A DNA stretch of 64,000 nt from Octopus vulgaris. Its lineage: Eukaryota. This document shows, one piece after another, positions 13,935 through 27,895 of the stretch (positions are counted from its first letter, which is position 1; each line of letters begins with the position of its first letter). The stretch covers positions 37,572,001 to 37,636,000 of the forward strand of contig OX597828.1 of assembly GCA_951406725.2 (NCBI GenBank). The letters are read 5' to 3'. The notes beneath the pieces were generated by a model. That model was not told where the DNA came from. It made no database searches and saw only the letters and a list, made by a program, of their open reading frames with translations. A program made the translations under genes and the position numbers.

Positions 13935-14300
13935 GGGAGCTGTGAAACGTAGTTCTTCGGGAGAATATTGAGGATAGTTTGGGCAGACAACGTGTATAAT
14001 GAAGAAATGATAATCCGAACTGAGGTAAATAGGAAAACACTTCGTGAGATAAAGGTCACGGCAAGAGAGATTTCTAGGTCATGTGATGGCAAAAGAGAGC
14101 TTGGAGAGTTTAGAGATGATCGGAAAGATTGAAGGGAAAAGATGCAGATGAAGAAGAAGCAGGATACAGATTTCAAGCTTGGCAAACTGGTTGGAAGAAA
14201 GAGATATTAAACATCAGGAAGTGGAACTGTTACAGAATACAAACAGAGAAGTGTGGTATAACATGATCACCTATGTCCTACATTCTGAAAAAGACACCTA
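13935..14300 (+). mobile_element. RTE-clade LINE C-terminal fragment
   Basis: Decayed frame RILRIVWADNVYNEEM...RFLGHVMAKESLESLEMIGKIEGKRCR resembles the RTE ORF C-terminus. Confidence 0.7.
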
Positions 14301-14542
14301 GAGAAAAAATAAATATAATCTAGTATTAAAATCTATTGTAATATTAAATCTAAGTCTTCCTTACAGCATGCAACAATACGACGATTAATATTTCATCAAA
14401 AACCTTGTCTATCTCTAAAATGTAAAAGTTCATTATTTCCAAAATTTCAATTCAGTCTTTCGGTCCCGTTGTTACAAAAAGCAGTTCCCCGTAACTACCG
14501 AAAATTAACAACCATTTTCTATTTGATATAAATATCTTAATA

Positions 14543-14850
14543 ACGTTCTGAGTTCAAATTCCACCGAAGTCGACTTTGCTTTTCAACCTTTCGGGGTCAA
14601 TAAATTAAGTACCAGTTGCGTACTGGAGTCGATCTAATCGACTAGCGCCCTCTCCCAAAATGTCAGGCCTTGTGCCAAGAATAGAAAAGAATATAAATAT
14701 TTCAATTAATATTGAAATTTGTCTTTCATCCTTTTAGGGTCGATTAAATAAGTACCAGTTACGCACTGGAGTCGATGTAATCAACTTAATCCCTTTGTCT
14801 GTCCTTGTCTGTCCCTTCTGTGTTTAACCCCTGTGGGCAATAAAAAAAAT
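14543..14850 (+). mobile_element. Two SINE family A fragments (A1 tail, then A2 tail)
   Basis: Body matches other A copies; tails end GGCCTTGTGCCAAGAATAGAAAAG and CCCCTGTGGGCAATAAA. Confidence 0.75.
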
Positions 14851-15185
14851 AACAGAAAAGCGATAACTTTTACTGACCCTATTTCCTTTTTCCTTGCTTT
14901 TCTTTTTTTTGTGGTGGGGTGTGTGTGAAATTTTAATCTAATGGATTTCATCCCATTTACACTATGAATTATCTTCTAACACAGAAACATGAAACACGTC
15001 TCTGCTGTAAGAACACGGTCGCTCGTCCCTGACTATATAGATATGACTATACATACATACATATAAATATATATACATGCATATATATATCATATATAGT
15101 ATATATAATATATATACACATATATATTATATGTATATATAATATATATATGCATATATATATATAATATATTATATAGCATATA

Positions 15186-15222
<37 letters not shown>

Positions 15223-16144
15223 CATACATATACATATATACATATATATATGCATATACATATAATATATATATGATATATACACATATATATATATATA
15301 TATGGTTTACGTAATAGAAATCGTTCATATTTTTCACCCATTAGATAGATATTTCATTTCTTTCTAAATTAATAGCTTGGTAATTGTGAGATTTCCACAT
15401 GAATGCTGCGCTCCGTAAGTGTATTGATTTTCAATTCTCAACTGATTTCCAATAAATATGTGTGTGTGCGTGTGCGTATGTGTGCGTGTGAATGTGCGTG
15501 TATGCGCATGCATATACATAAATCTGTACGTACACGACACTGAGTCAGAGATTAACGTATTTTCTATTTGCATTCCATTTTGACTCACTCTTGTATACTT
15601 CCAAGCTAAGTCACAAACTAATGTACATAAAAATTGCTTTACTAACTTAACCTCGTATAAATGTATGTGTGTATGTGTGTTTGTATGTGTATCTGTGTGT
15701 ATAAAACCACCTAGAGTAATATTACACATAAAAGCCGCCGATACTATTAAAGTACAAAGTACATGGAACATTAAAGTGAAGTACCATTATTCATAATTTG
15801 AACATATGCTCAGCAATCTTTGTCTCACCGTAAGTGGATAATTTATTGGTTAATAATAATTAACGTTATTAACTTCACTTATCGACAAATCACAAGATCA
15901 AGATTTTTAATATTTTCTTCTTTTTTTTTTACTGTTTTGTTTCGCTCTTTTTTTTTTCTTTTTAAACTGCCAATATCTTTTAATGCATGGATATTTGAAG
16001 TGAAAATTTTGAATTATTATTCAGCTATGAAATGTTCACTTGCTAAGCCTATAGTTAAACCATTGACACGCACATGCACACATACTTATATTCATGCATG
16101 CACACACACATAAGCGTGTAGATATATATACACACAGATACACA

Positions 16145-16185
<41 letters not shown>

Positions 16186-16206
16186 ACACACATATATATA
16201 TATACA

Positions 16207-16371
16207 GGTGCAGGCATGGCTGTGTGGTAAGAAGGTTGCTTACCAACCACATGGTTCCGGGTTCAGTCCCACTGCGTGGCACCTTGGGCAAGTGTTTTCT
16301 AATATACCCTCGGGCCGACCAAAGCCTTGTGAGTGGAATTAGTAGACGGAAAGAAGCCCGTCGTCCATATA

Positions 16372-16445
<74 letters not shown>

Positions 16446-16675
16446 TGTATGTGTGTGCGTGTGTGTTTGTGTGTGTGTGTCTGTATTTGTCCCTAACCAT
16501 CGCTTGATGACCGATGTTGGTGTGTTTACATCCCGGTAACTTAGCGGTTCTTCAAAATAGATCGATAGAATAAGTACTAGGCTAACAAAGAATAAGTCCT
16601 GGGGTCGATGATTTTTTTCGGCTAAATGCGGTATTCCAGCATGGCCGCAGTCAAATAACTGAAACAACTAAAGAA
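16207..16675 (+). mobile_element. SINE family B, full length
   Basis: Head, CORE-like segment, internal (TA)n(TG)n and tail are all present. Confidence 0.85.
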
Positions 16676-16821
16676 CATATATATATATATAAGCAATTAA
16701 AATGTTCTGAGATTTATTATTGCTTCTTTCCACTTTTATCGAGATTAATGACCTTTCGTCACTGGAAAAAAATATATATATTTGCATTGAGAACTACTTC
16801 TCATCGCCAACCGGTGGTTGT

Positions 16822-16866
16822 CACACGCTGATGACGGGTCAATATTCAGAAACTCGGGTCCGTGTG
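16822..16866 (+). ncRNA. Minimal type I hammerhead ribozyme motif in a short non-coding element (about 16690-17038)
   Basis: CACACG CUGAUGA c GGGU-caau-AUUC a GAAA CUCGG GUC CGUGUG: perfect 6-bp stem I, intact CUGAUGA and GAAA core, GUC triplet (predicted cut after 16860). Confidence 0.7.
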
Positions 16867-19620
16867 TATCACGTCAGGCTAGAGATGGGAACAATAACTT
16901 CCCTTTGCAAATACTGATTGGGAACAGATAGAGTGTCAATAGCCAGTTGGAGGAGATGTCCTCCTGGGGCTACAAGCTACAGTAGCATCCACCCTTAAGG
17001 GTTAACCACATATAGGTTGCAAATATACTTCACGATTTATATATGTATATATATATACGTGAATGTCACAGACCAAGCGTGACAACGTATGTACATAGCC
17101 ATATTAGTATGCATGCATCTATCTATATGTGTGCGTGTATGTGTTTGTATGTATGCGCGGGTGGGTGTGTGAATAGGGGTGGGGTCTAGTGGATAGGTGT
17201 GTTGCACCGATATCGTAAGATTGTTGTTTCTATCCCCGGATCGAGCATTCCATTATATTCTTGAGCAAAACATTTCATTTCCTCCTACTCAAGTCTACTG
17301 ATCAAAATGAGTAATCCTGCAACGGACCGTCGCATCGTCCAGAGGTGGGAGAAATTTATACGCCATGGGAATTGGAAAACCGGTTGTAAAAGATTATGGC
17401 TCCGGAAGGACCTTTAGTCCATTTTGTTTTTCATACACGCTTATATTATAGGAAGGGCACATTAGAAAAGAAATAGAAAGCAAAAAACTTGCTTAAGGTG
17501 TCACACACTGGTATTAAACCGTGAGCTACAAGCTTGCAAAGTAAACTTCTTCACGAAGCAAACGCTACTGAACCACACACACACATACACACAACGCATA
17601 CACCCATATACACACATGTGTGTGTGGATGTGTTTTTGTGGCTCTATATGTATGTGTGTGCGTATGTAATAAAATAGCATGATGGAAATCAAATTCAATG
17701 AATGAAGATTTGGTAGATATAAATGCAGAAAAGAGACTGACACATGGGAAACACTCTCACACACACAGATGCACACACGCACACACACACACACACACAT
17801 GCACACACACACACATACACACACACATATGCACGCACACACACATATGCACGCACACACACGCACACATATAAAACACTTGATATACTACAGTAGTCTG
17901 TACGAGCCACAGCATACTGCAATGGGTTTATAATCTTTCGTCTCTCGCCACAAACGTATCTTAACTATAGCTGTACATGCAAGATAGAGTTTTTAAACGT
18001 TGGCTACATGGACGCCATTGCATATATCGGAATTTTATTGATAAATCACGTGAATGTTAAGACTCGGACTTCAACATGTCAGCAATAAGCATATTGTAAT
18101 TGTAAATTTTACATCGGGACGACAAAGATTCGATGTTTGAGCAGTTTGGCAAATATCATTATCTTTCCAATGCATTAGATAAATCCAAATTTTGGATGTC
18201 GTCTGCAAAATATATGTATTATATTATATCGACCAGATAAATTCTGCATTTAAAGGCAGACTTAGTGGACGTCTGTTATAAAATGTCAACGAAAAAGATA
18301 ATGTCTGCAACGAGTGAGTGAAATGTATACAGTGTATTGATATATAGTTAGACAAACTGTAACTATTACTGTTGCTGTTGTAGTTGTTAGGAGACCAATG
18401 TTTAAAGAAGTTCTACCATTGACCATCTGCTTTCCTTTTAGTTTTATGTGTTTCTTCGTTGTTTTCTTCTTCTATGTCTGCAGAAAACATGCCGTTTTAC
18501 TCATTTACTTGTTTCAGTCATTGAAGTAGGGCTCTGCTGGAGCACAACTTTATAGGGTTTCGCAAAGCAACTCGAACGCAACATTTTTTTAAAAACCTTA
18601 TTATTTATTCTACGAATCTCTTTAGCCAAACCGCTCAGTCACGAGGACGTAAGCAAAACAATACCAATTCTCAAGTGGTGGGAGGTAAAATACAAAGGCA
18701 CATATACATGCATATCTAAGACAGGCTTCCACACAATTTCCTTTCATGAAACTGACTCATATGTCATTGGTCTGTCATGGACTCTTGTAGATGCTTTCCC
18801 AGCCACTTATACGTACCACGTAAGTGTCTTCGTAGTTTGTTGTTCAAATTTCAGCTCGATATGCGAATGGACTCCCAGTCACTTATTCACGTGCTTGTTT
18901 GTTGATCAAATTTCAGCTCTTTACACGAGTTTAATTTTGTTTAGAAAACCATTTCGTTATTCAATTTCTTCCTTTAGAGACTCGTTCGTATATAGCTACT
19001 CTTCTCCACATTTCCCATGTATATTCGATACCGAGATAGACAAGCTAAAAAACATCTTCGTCTTTCTCTGCTCTCCATTGAAGAGCAAAAGTACAAAACG
19101 TCGATCTCTCTTTTCTTCACGACAATTCTGTCTATCGCTTTTCTAGCGAACTTTGGTAAGTTTAAACTTGATTCTGGACATGCGTTTATCTAGACTTAGA
19201 TAAAGGCTAATTAATAAATGTTGACTAGGTAGACACGTTTGATGTTTACACACCCTGGCACTCTAGATAATTCAAGAAGTAGAAATAGTGTTAGTATAAA
19301 TAATGTCTAGACAAATTAAATATGGAGTATGTTGACCAAATAAACAACGTAAGTGTATATTGACTGTGGTGCACCGGATGGAAATGTTGACAGGATATGA
19401 ACAGGTTTAATTGGATAAATACAGACGATAGGAGATGGTGATTAGATAAAACAAAAGCGTGGCTATAGACACACTCACACATACGCACACGTACAAACAC
19501 ACATACACACTCACGCGCACACACGGACACATACACACATACACAAACACTCATACACACATATATGCGTGCGCATGTGCATGTGGGTGTATCAACGTAC
19601 GTATCTTCGTGTATGCATAT

Positions 19621-19654
<34 letters not shown>

Positions 19655-19750
19655 GATTGATAGATTGATAGATATATACATACATACATACATATATACA
19701 TATATCCATAAGTATATATATATAGTTATGCAGTTTATATAGTATAGTAT

Positions 19751-19820
<70 letters not shown>

Positions 19821-19924
19821 TAGATATATAGATACATATATATAATGCATATACATATACATATATAAAACATATAAGTAATATATATACATATATATAC
19901 ATACATACATACCTACATACATAT

Positions 19925-19980
<56 letters not shown>

Positions 19981-20629
19981 GTGTGTGTATGTGTGTGTAT
20001 GTATGTATGCATATGTATACGCAGTTGTATGCTTGCGTATATAACAATATCTACGTGTGTATGCGTGTGCGAATGTGCTCGCGCACGTGCTGTATAGATA
20101 AATATAGGGTATAGATATTTCATTGATAGTCACAACTTATTAATGTCGACAGACGTTTTCCTATAGATTTTGACCAGACCAGATCGACACAAGCCATTTA
20201 TTCAATTAAGTGAGTGTAAGTGTGAAGAGATTGGCATCACGTAGAACTAACCTCCTGTCCAATTCTCAAATACCGTTTTATTTATTTATTTATATATTTA
20301 GTTAGTTATTTATCTATTTACTAATCTATTTACTTATTTAGATGTTTAGATATTGCTGAAGTGATTCGCTATATGTAGGTTTGACAAGTTGATTATAACT
20401 TCCAAATAATGTTGAGACAGAAATATCGAAAGAAGTTCGAGACAGCGAAACATATTTTACCTTCACTAAGCGTCCATATGTTGCTTCTTCTTATTATTAT
20501 TCATAATTTAATAAGTTCCAATCCCATCGAAGTCAGCTTAGCCTTTCATTCCTCTGGGATCGATAATATAAAATACCAGTCAACGACAGCTATATCAGCG
20601 AACAGTACGCTGTCGAAAGACACTGCAGA

Positions 20630-21330
20630 CATGTGATTACTTACAGCAACAATGGTTGACCCCGGACAGGCGTGTTATTATTGTACAGCAAAAACCGTAG
20701 ACCTTTGTCGCACACGTTAATACTGCGCAGTAATGATTTCAGATGTGTTATTTCTATACAGCAATCCTTTCTACTATAGGCACTAGGACTGAAATTTGGT
20801 GGGGAGGAGACGAGTCGATTACATCGACCCCAGTGTTTCACTAGTACTTAATTTATCGATCCCGAAAGGATGAGAGGCAAAGTTGACCTCGGCGGAATTT
20901 AAACTCAGAACGTAGCAGCAGACGAAATACCACTAAGCATTTCGCCCGGCGTACTAACGTTTCTTATTTCTTTATTGCCCACAAGGGGCTACACATAAAG
21001 GAGACAAACAAGGACAGACAAACGGATTAAGTCGATTATATCGACCCCAGTGCGTAACTGGTACTTACCGCAAAGCATTTCGCCCGGCGTGCTAACGTTT
21101 CTGCCAGCTCACAGCCTTATAACTGTGCCGTAATAACTGTAGGCTATGGGCAAATATATTACTTCTGTACAGTAATAACATTAGACCTTTGTCACACTCG
21201 TAATACTGCACAGTAGTAACTGTAGACCATAGATTTGTTATTACTGCTCAGTAATAACTGCAGACTATGGACTGACATAATTTCTGTACAGTAATAACTG
21301 TGGGCCTTCAACAGAGATACTATCATTATA
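20630..21330. repeat. Degenerate minisatellite (about 40 bp) interrupted by nested SINE A copies at 20766-21116 (minus strand)
   Basis: A CAGTAATAACTGYAGAC-like unit recurs on both sides of the SINE block. Confidence 0.6.
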
Positions 21331-21793
21331 GGGTAATAAGTATTGATGTTGAGCAGACGTGCTCTACAGTAGCATGCCGTTGGAAAATAAGATCATACGA
21401 GGGGACATTCAACGTCGTCCCGTAAGAAATAAATAACCGATAGAATTACCCAGGGTTTATAAGTGAAATTAAAACGAAGAAAAAACACATGCCTGGAATG
21501 ATTTTGATGATAGACAAGTTAACACGGAAGATATGCAAGTATGGTTCTGTAGTCAAGAAGCCTACTTTGCAACTGCGTGATACCGGATTTAGTCCTGCTG
21601 CGTGGCAGCTTGAACAAGAATCTTCTGTCATCACGGAATTTGAACTCAGAACGCAACAGCAGGCGAAATGAATTTAGTAGACGGAACGTGTATGGAAGAC
21701 CGTAGTACACACACACACACACACACATACACACACACACATACACACACACACACATACACACACACATACACACACACACACTAACATACA

Positions 21794-21838
<45 letters not shown>

Positions 21839-21859
21839 CAGAGTAGGCACGTAAATGTG

Positions 21860-22135
21860 AAAAGCGCTGCTTAATTCAACTCCAATCTAATCTTTCCTCT
21901 TCCTCAGAGCAGAGATATATCTTTACAAAAACCCTTGTCAGTCCACCTGATGGTCCTAGCGAGCGAAATTGAAGAGGGTGTCGTTCTGAGGATTGCAAGG
22001 GAGAAGCGCTGGAGCACCCACTCTGACTCTCGAAGCTCGCAGTTGCGGACAGCCATCTCCAAAAGCAGAGATGTGGTCCGGGGACTGAGAACGTCAGTGG
22101 TCTTCACCGTCACAGGCTTGACCATAAACCTATGG
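21860..22135 (-). mobile_element. CRE-clade (RLE) LINE C-terminal fragment
   Basis: PVTVKTTDVLSPRTTSLL...ELRESEWVLQRFSLAILR resembles the CRE ending PxAVETxGxxGP...LFQRLSxAxxRGN. Confidence 0.6.
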
Positions 22136-22142
22136 CAAGTTA

Positions 22143-22521
22143 AGGCTGCGAGTTGGCAGAAACGTTAGCACGCCGGGCGAAATGTGAATCGGTATTTCGT
22201 CTGTCGTTACGTCCTGAGTTCAAATTCTGCCGATGCCGACTTTGCCTTTCATCCTTTCGGGGTCGATTAAATAAGTACCAGTTACGCACTGGGGTCGATA
22301 TAAACGACTTAATCCGTTTGTCTGTTCTTGTTTGTCCTCTCTGTGTTTAGCCCCTTCTGGGTAGTAAAGAAATAGGTATTTCGTCTGCTGCTACATTCTG
22401 AGTTCAAATTTCGCTGAGGTCGACTTTCGGGGTCGATAAATTAAGTACCAGTTGCGTACTGGGATCGATCTTATCGACAGGCCTCCTCCCCAAAAATTTC
22501 TGGCCTTGTGCCTAAAGTAGA
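22143..22521 (+). mobile_element. SINE family A dimer (A2 unit joined to A1 remainder)
   Basis: Junction AAAGAAATAG|GTATTTCGTC at 22375/22376. Confidence 0.85.
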
Positions 22522-24031
22522 TACAGATACTTTGATGGGTTGCCTTTCTCGGTTTGACAAACAACGGAGTCTGGGCTGGCAGCTGAACACATAAAGATGC
22601 CACTGGAGACGTCACAGGTGTCACAGGTGTCACTAACCCTGAGGTTAAAATATAAGAAAAATACTTTGGAGTATTTAGTCATCAATTTATAAGAATACGC
22701 CATCAATGTACCTGGAATACTTTTCGCCATAGACCTTTTCAGTTGCCGTATCATATAATAGCATATTTATTGTTTAGCCCTTGTCGGCACTAACTGTACA
22801 TATATTCAAGAGCGTTCCAGCCATAACACTTCTAGGCTACATTGTCTAATATCTCTTATTTTTAAAGACGATAGATACAATTTGTGGGATGTTTCGTTAC
22901 GGGTTTGCAGTTTTCGAAAACCTAGGTTTAATCAAAAGCAACAACATTGTCTTATGTCCTGATAAAAAATTGCAGCCGAAGAAGGGTTAACCACGGTTGG
23001 TACGCAATTTAATTTTATTTTCAATCAGTGCTGGCTAAATTTAAACAAAAAAACCATGAAGAAACGCATCGCCTATGGGAGACAGTAGATAATGTAGCCT
23101 AGACGTGTTCGTCACGGCTGGAATACCTGTGATTGTATATTCAATTAGTGCTAATAAGAGTTAAGCAGTGAAGATACCACCGTATGTTGCAGCAATTGAA
23201 AAGCACTTTCTGACCTACAAGAAATAGCATCCACATTTCCCTCTATTTAAAAAGGGGAGTGATATCAGAGAAGATATTAGAAAGTGTCGTATATAACGAA
23301 TGAAAATTTGAGGCAGGAATGGTTATGGTAGGAAAATCACGACCGACCTGGGGCTAAGCAACAACGACGTTTTCAACGATATTGACATCAACCACTTCCA
23401 CGGAAAAGCTTTCTCTCGGCCCATTACTAAATGAGAAATCGTAATTACAGTACATTCAATCATTCTAGTCCTGCCTCGCCCCACCTTTGTTTTACACTTC
23501 TGCTAATGCAACTGAATAAAATTAACTAATTTCAACAAAAATGATAGTGATGATAGATCATCCGTCGGTTTCGACGATGCGAACTTAGGTGCGTGATGAA
23601 GTGAACAAAATATTAAATTATCGAGAAAAATTGGCGGAAAATTCCACAAGCACGTGTAGTTTTAAAATAGGTTTCCCTACAAGGATCAGTGTGTTTGTGT
23701 GTGTATATGTATGGGTACAATCCATCCGAGGGCTTCCGTACAGTTTCAATCTACATTGAGTGTTTTTAACAGAATGGGGATGCTGCTAGAAGTACTGTAG
23801 ATGGCAGTGGCTGTGTTACAATAGGGTGTTGGATTAGGTCTGCCAACCATATTAGACCAAAGTCGGATTCGTATTAAGAATGCAAACAGACGGAAGAAAT
23901 AACACAACGAATCTGGTCCGACTATCCGCTCCGGATAGATTCTTTTTGTAAAATCAATCTCTAAAGGTCCAAAGGTAAAATGATCAATATGCTGATCAAA
24001 TGTTAAGACACTAATTAGCAATATATATGTA

Positions 24032-24117
<86 letters not shown>

Positions 24118-24695
24118 GGATAGGAAAATTATAGAAATTTTTCTACTAGTGGCCTAACATGTGTAAAATAGTCAATAGACAATATATTTTCATATAAAAT
24201 TAGTGTACATTTAAACACAAAGGAGGTGACCTTAACAGGACACCTTACATGCTAGAAGGAACAGTCAAAATCCAAACCACGGTTAAGAGCAATTTCGAAG
24301 GTAATGCAAAATTAAAACATTTACCTTATTCTGTTACAGGACCTAGGTTTCGAATTTTAATTAACAAACAAAATAATTTGCTATATGTGTATGTCTGTGT
24401 GTGTGTGTGTGTGAGTTTATGTTTGCAAGTATGTATGCGTGTGTGTGTGAGCACGTGTAATTAGAGTACACGTTTAAAAGGTATAGATTAAAAAGGTATA
24501 GATTACTAGTGACTTCGAAGTATTGAGAAGCTGAAACTGCGAAATAACTGGCAACTTATTGTAAAAGTCAAATAACATGTACTCAGCTAAAGTACATTAA
24601 ATAAGTTTCTGATTAATGTGAAATTGTTTTCATATCTAACATGACAATAATATATATGTATGCATTTACACACGCACACACACAAATCTATATAT

Positions 24696-25086
24696 TCTTT
24701 TCTACTCTAGGCACAAGGCCCGAAATCTTTGGGGGCCAGTCGATTAGATCGCCTCCAGTACGCACTGGTACTTAATATATCGACCCTGAATGGATGAAAG
24801 GCAAAGATGACCTCAGTGGAATATGAACTCAGAACTTAAAGACAGACGAAATACCTCTTTCTTTACTACCCGCAAGGGGCTAAACACAGAGAGGACAAAC
24901 AAGGACAGACAAACGGATTACGTCGTTGAAATCGACCCCAGTGCGTAACTGGTACTTATTTAATCGACCCCGAAAGGATGAAAGGCAAAGTCGAACTCGG
25001 CGGAATTTGAACTCAGAACGTAGCGGCAGACGAAATACTGCTAAGCATTTCGCCCGGCGTGCTAACGTTTCTGCCAGGTCGCCGTC
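24696..25086 (-). mobile_element. SINE family A dimer (A2 unit joined to A1 remainder)
   Basis: Same junction position, at 24854/24855. Confidence 0.85.
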
Positions 25087-25211
25087 TTACAAATATAAAT
25101 ATATTTATATTGGACTGTGGCTACATGGAACTTAGGAGCTTATCAATTGGAGCACTCAGACCGCATACCTATTAGTTTACACTACTAGTGATCTAAACCC
25201 TATATACGTAT

Positions 25212-25443
25212 ACTCTCTTTACTCTTTACTCTTTACTCTTTTACTTGTTTCAGGCTGTGGCCATGCTGGAGCACTATTTTTACTCGAGCAAATCGACCCC
25301 AGGACGTATTTTTTGTAAACCTAGTACTTATTCTATCGGTCACTTTTGCCGAACCGCTAAGTTATGGGAAATAAAACACACCAGCATAGCTTGTCAAGCG
25401 ATGTTGTGGGGACAAACACAGACACACAAACATATACACACAC

Positions 25444-25489
<46 letters not shown>

Positions 25490-25761
25490 ATCACGTGACC
25501 GACCAGACCATCAGATGTTATTACACATCGTTGGTCACAATGCGCTCGCATTGTTTTAGCCTTCAAATGATGCCACACATTTATATATATAAATACGTAT
25601 ATACGACGGGCTTCTTTCAGTTTCCTTCTACCAAATCCACTCACAAGCCTCTGGTCGGCCCGAGGCTATAGTAGAAGACACTTGCCCAAGGTGTCACGCG
25701 GTGGGACTGAACCCGAAACCATGTGGTTGGTAAGCAAGCTACTCACCACACAGCCACTCCT
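25212..25761 (-). mobile_element. SINE family B with a nested family D 3' fragment (25483-25576)
   Basis: The internal (TA)n of the B copy contains CGTGACCGACCAGACCATCAGATG..., which matches 61771-61856. Confidence 0.8.
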
Positions 25762-26017
25762 ACGCGAGCCCGCTGCCCTAACCACTGGGCCATTGCGCCT
25801 CCCCTCTCTTGTTGCTGCCGTCGTCATCGTATACGCTATTTGCGTTGTTGCTTTACTTCTCATTGTTATTATTGTCCCGTTGTCGTCGTCATCGTCGTCG
25901 TCATCGCTGTCATTCTTGATTTCGTTGCCGTTGTTGTTGTTGTTCCTCTCGTTCTTGTATTTTCTAATTATTGTTGCTGTCGGCGTCGGCGTCGTCATCG
26001 TCATTATTATTCATATC

Positions 26018-26196
26018 TGTTTCTTTATTACCCACAAGGGGCTAAACATAGAGGGGACAAACAAGGATAGACAAACGAATTAAGTCGATTACATCGATCC
26101 CAGTGCGTAACTGGTACTTAATTTATCGACCCCAGTGCGTAACTAGTACTTAGTTTATCGACCCCGAAAGGATGAAAGGCAAAGTCGACCTCGGCG
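26018..26196 (-). mobile_element. SINE A2 fragment
   Basis: A2 tail and body, with a short internal duplication of CCAGTGCGTAACT...TTTATCGA. Confidence 0.8.
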
Positions 26197-26603
26197 CATA
26201 TCATCTTCACTCACTCGTCGACGTCGTCTTCGTCGAAGACTTCGTTGTTGGTATTGTCGTTGATATTGTTGACGATATTTTCTCACCGTCGTTATTACGA
26301 CTGTTATAGTTTTGGCTTAGACTTTCATCAGCGCAAACCAAGCAAACTTTGTCCGAAATCTAAGCCAGTATTGACCGTGCTTTTAACATGTCTACGACGC
26401 TATTATTCAATTTCCGTTCTATGTTATAGCTCAAAGTATATAACCTGAAGGAAGATAGGTTTCGGTATTTTTTCTCTATGCCGGTCGAATAACCAAGCAC
26501 AAACTTTTGTGCTGTTGGCCCCAGGGAATCCGCCATGTATATAAACGTAACCATGGAGGAGAAGAACTGATAGGATACACAAACCCGAATAAAAGCCCTA
26601 AAC

Positions 26604-26911
26604 ACATCATCATCATCATCATTGTTCGACCGTGGTCGAGACAATGGAATTTACTATGTTACGCCAGACTTCACGGTCCATCATAGCACTACGGAGGTCC
26701 TGTTGCTGGATGCCTGTATCCCCGTAGATTACATCAGAGTAGGAGAGTGTGCGCCCTCTGGTATTGCGAGTAGATGGCTTCCAGAGGAGAAGAGTAGAAA
26801 TTACTTCTTTTTCAGCTCTACAACAATGTCCAGCAAACTGGACTCTCCTACCTTTCACAAGAGATGACACAGGTGGTAATTTCCCATATATTTGCATTTT
26901 GGTTGGATGGC
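26604..26911 (-). mobile_element. RTE-clade LINE 3' end
   Basis: Open frame QIYGKLPPVS...RRVQFAGHCCRA...LLLWKP...AMMDREVWR ends in a stop that runs directly into a (TGA)n tail. Confidence 0.8.
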
Positions 26912-27172
26912 GCACAAGCACACAAACACTCAAACACACACAAACATGTATATATCAACTAGCAAAATTTAGCAGTACCTGTAATCAAAAAGACAAGACC
27001 TGTCACATTCGGTGTTACGCTCAAAAACCTGAAAACTATATTGAGGATTGCGTGCCTCAGGACTCCTCAGTCACTTGTGAGTTAATTTCACGACCAGGCT
27101 GTTCAGTTGATCGGATCAAGTAGAACACTCGTCGCTGTAACCGACGGAGTGCCAATGGTAATGTGTGTGTGT

Positions 27173-27225
<53 letters not shown>

Positions 27226-27319
27226 TACATATATATGAATATGTATACATACATATATATGTATATATGTATATATATATATATATATTTATGTATATGC
27301 TTCTATATATATACGTATA

Positions 27320-27655
27320 GTCTTTTATTGTTTCAGTCATTTGATTGCGCCATGCTGGAGCACCGCCTTTTAGTCGAATAAATCGACCCCATTACTTAAT
27401 CATTTGCTGAACTGCTAGGTTATGGGGACGTAAACACACCAGCATCGGTTGTCAACCAAAGGTGCAGGGATAAACACAGACACAGAAACACACACACGCA
27501 CACACATATATATAAATATATATACGACGGACTTCTTTCAGTTTCCGTCTACCAAATCCACCCACAAGATTTTGGTTACAGTAGAGGACACTTGCCCAAG
27601 GTGCCACGCAGCAGGCCTGAACCCGGGACCAAGCTACTTACCACATAGCCACTCC
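27320..27655 (-). mobile_element. SINE family B, internally deleted
   Basis: Matches the B consensus with gaps. Confidence 0.75.
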
Positions 27656-27769
<114 letters not shown>

Positions 27770-27895
27770 ATACATATGTATGTAAGGACATATCTATGCG
27801 TTTATACACATACATACATACATATATATATGTAAACGTATATATATATGTATATATACATATATGTATATATACGTATACATACATATATATAT

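Noticed and set aside
18237-18318. Exon-like CAG...GTGAGT segment
   Set aside because: Stops in all three frames and no partner exon.
18895-19146. ORF with FDTEIDKLKNIF, faintly like a Penelope RT thumb
   Set aside because: A single short resemblance with no other RT motif nearby.
26300-26335. Minus-strand CTGATGA hammerhead-like core
   Set aside because: No GAAA and no stem I pairing.
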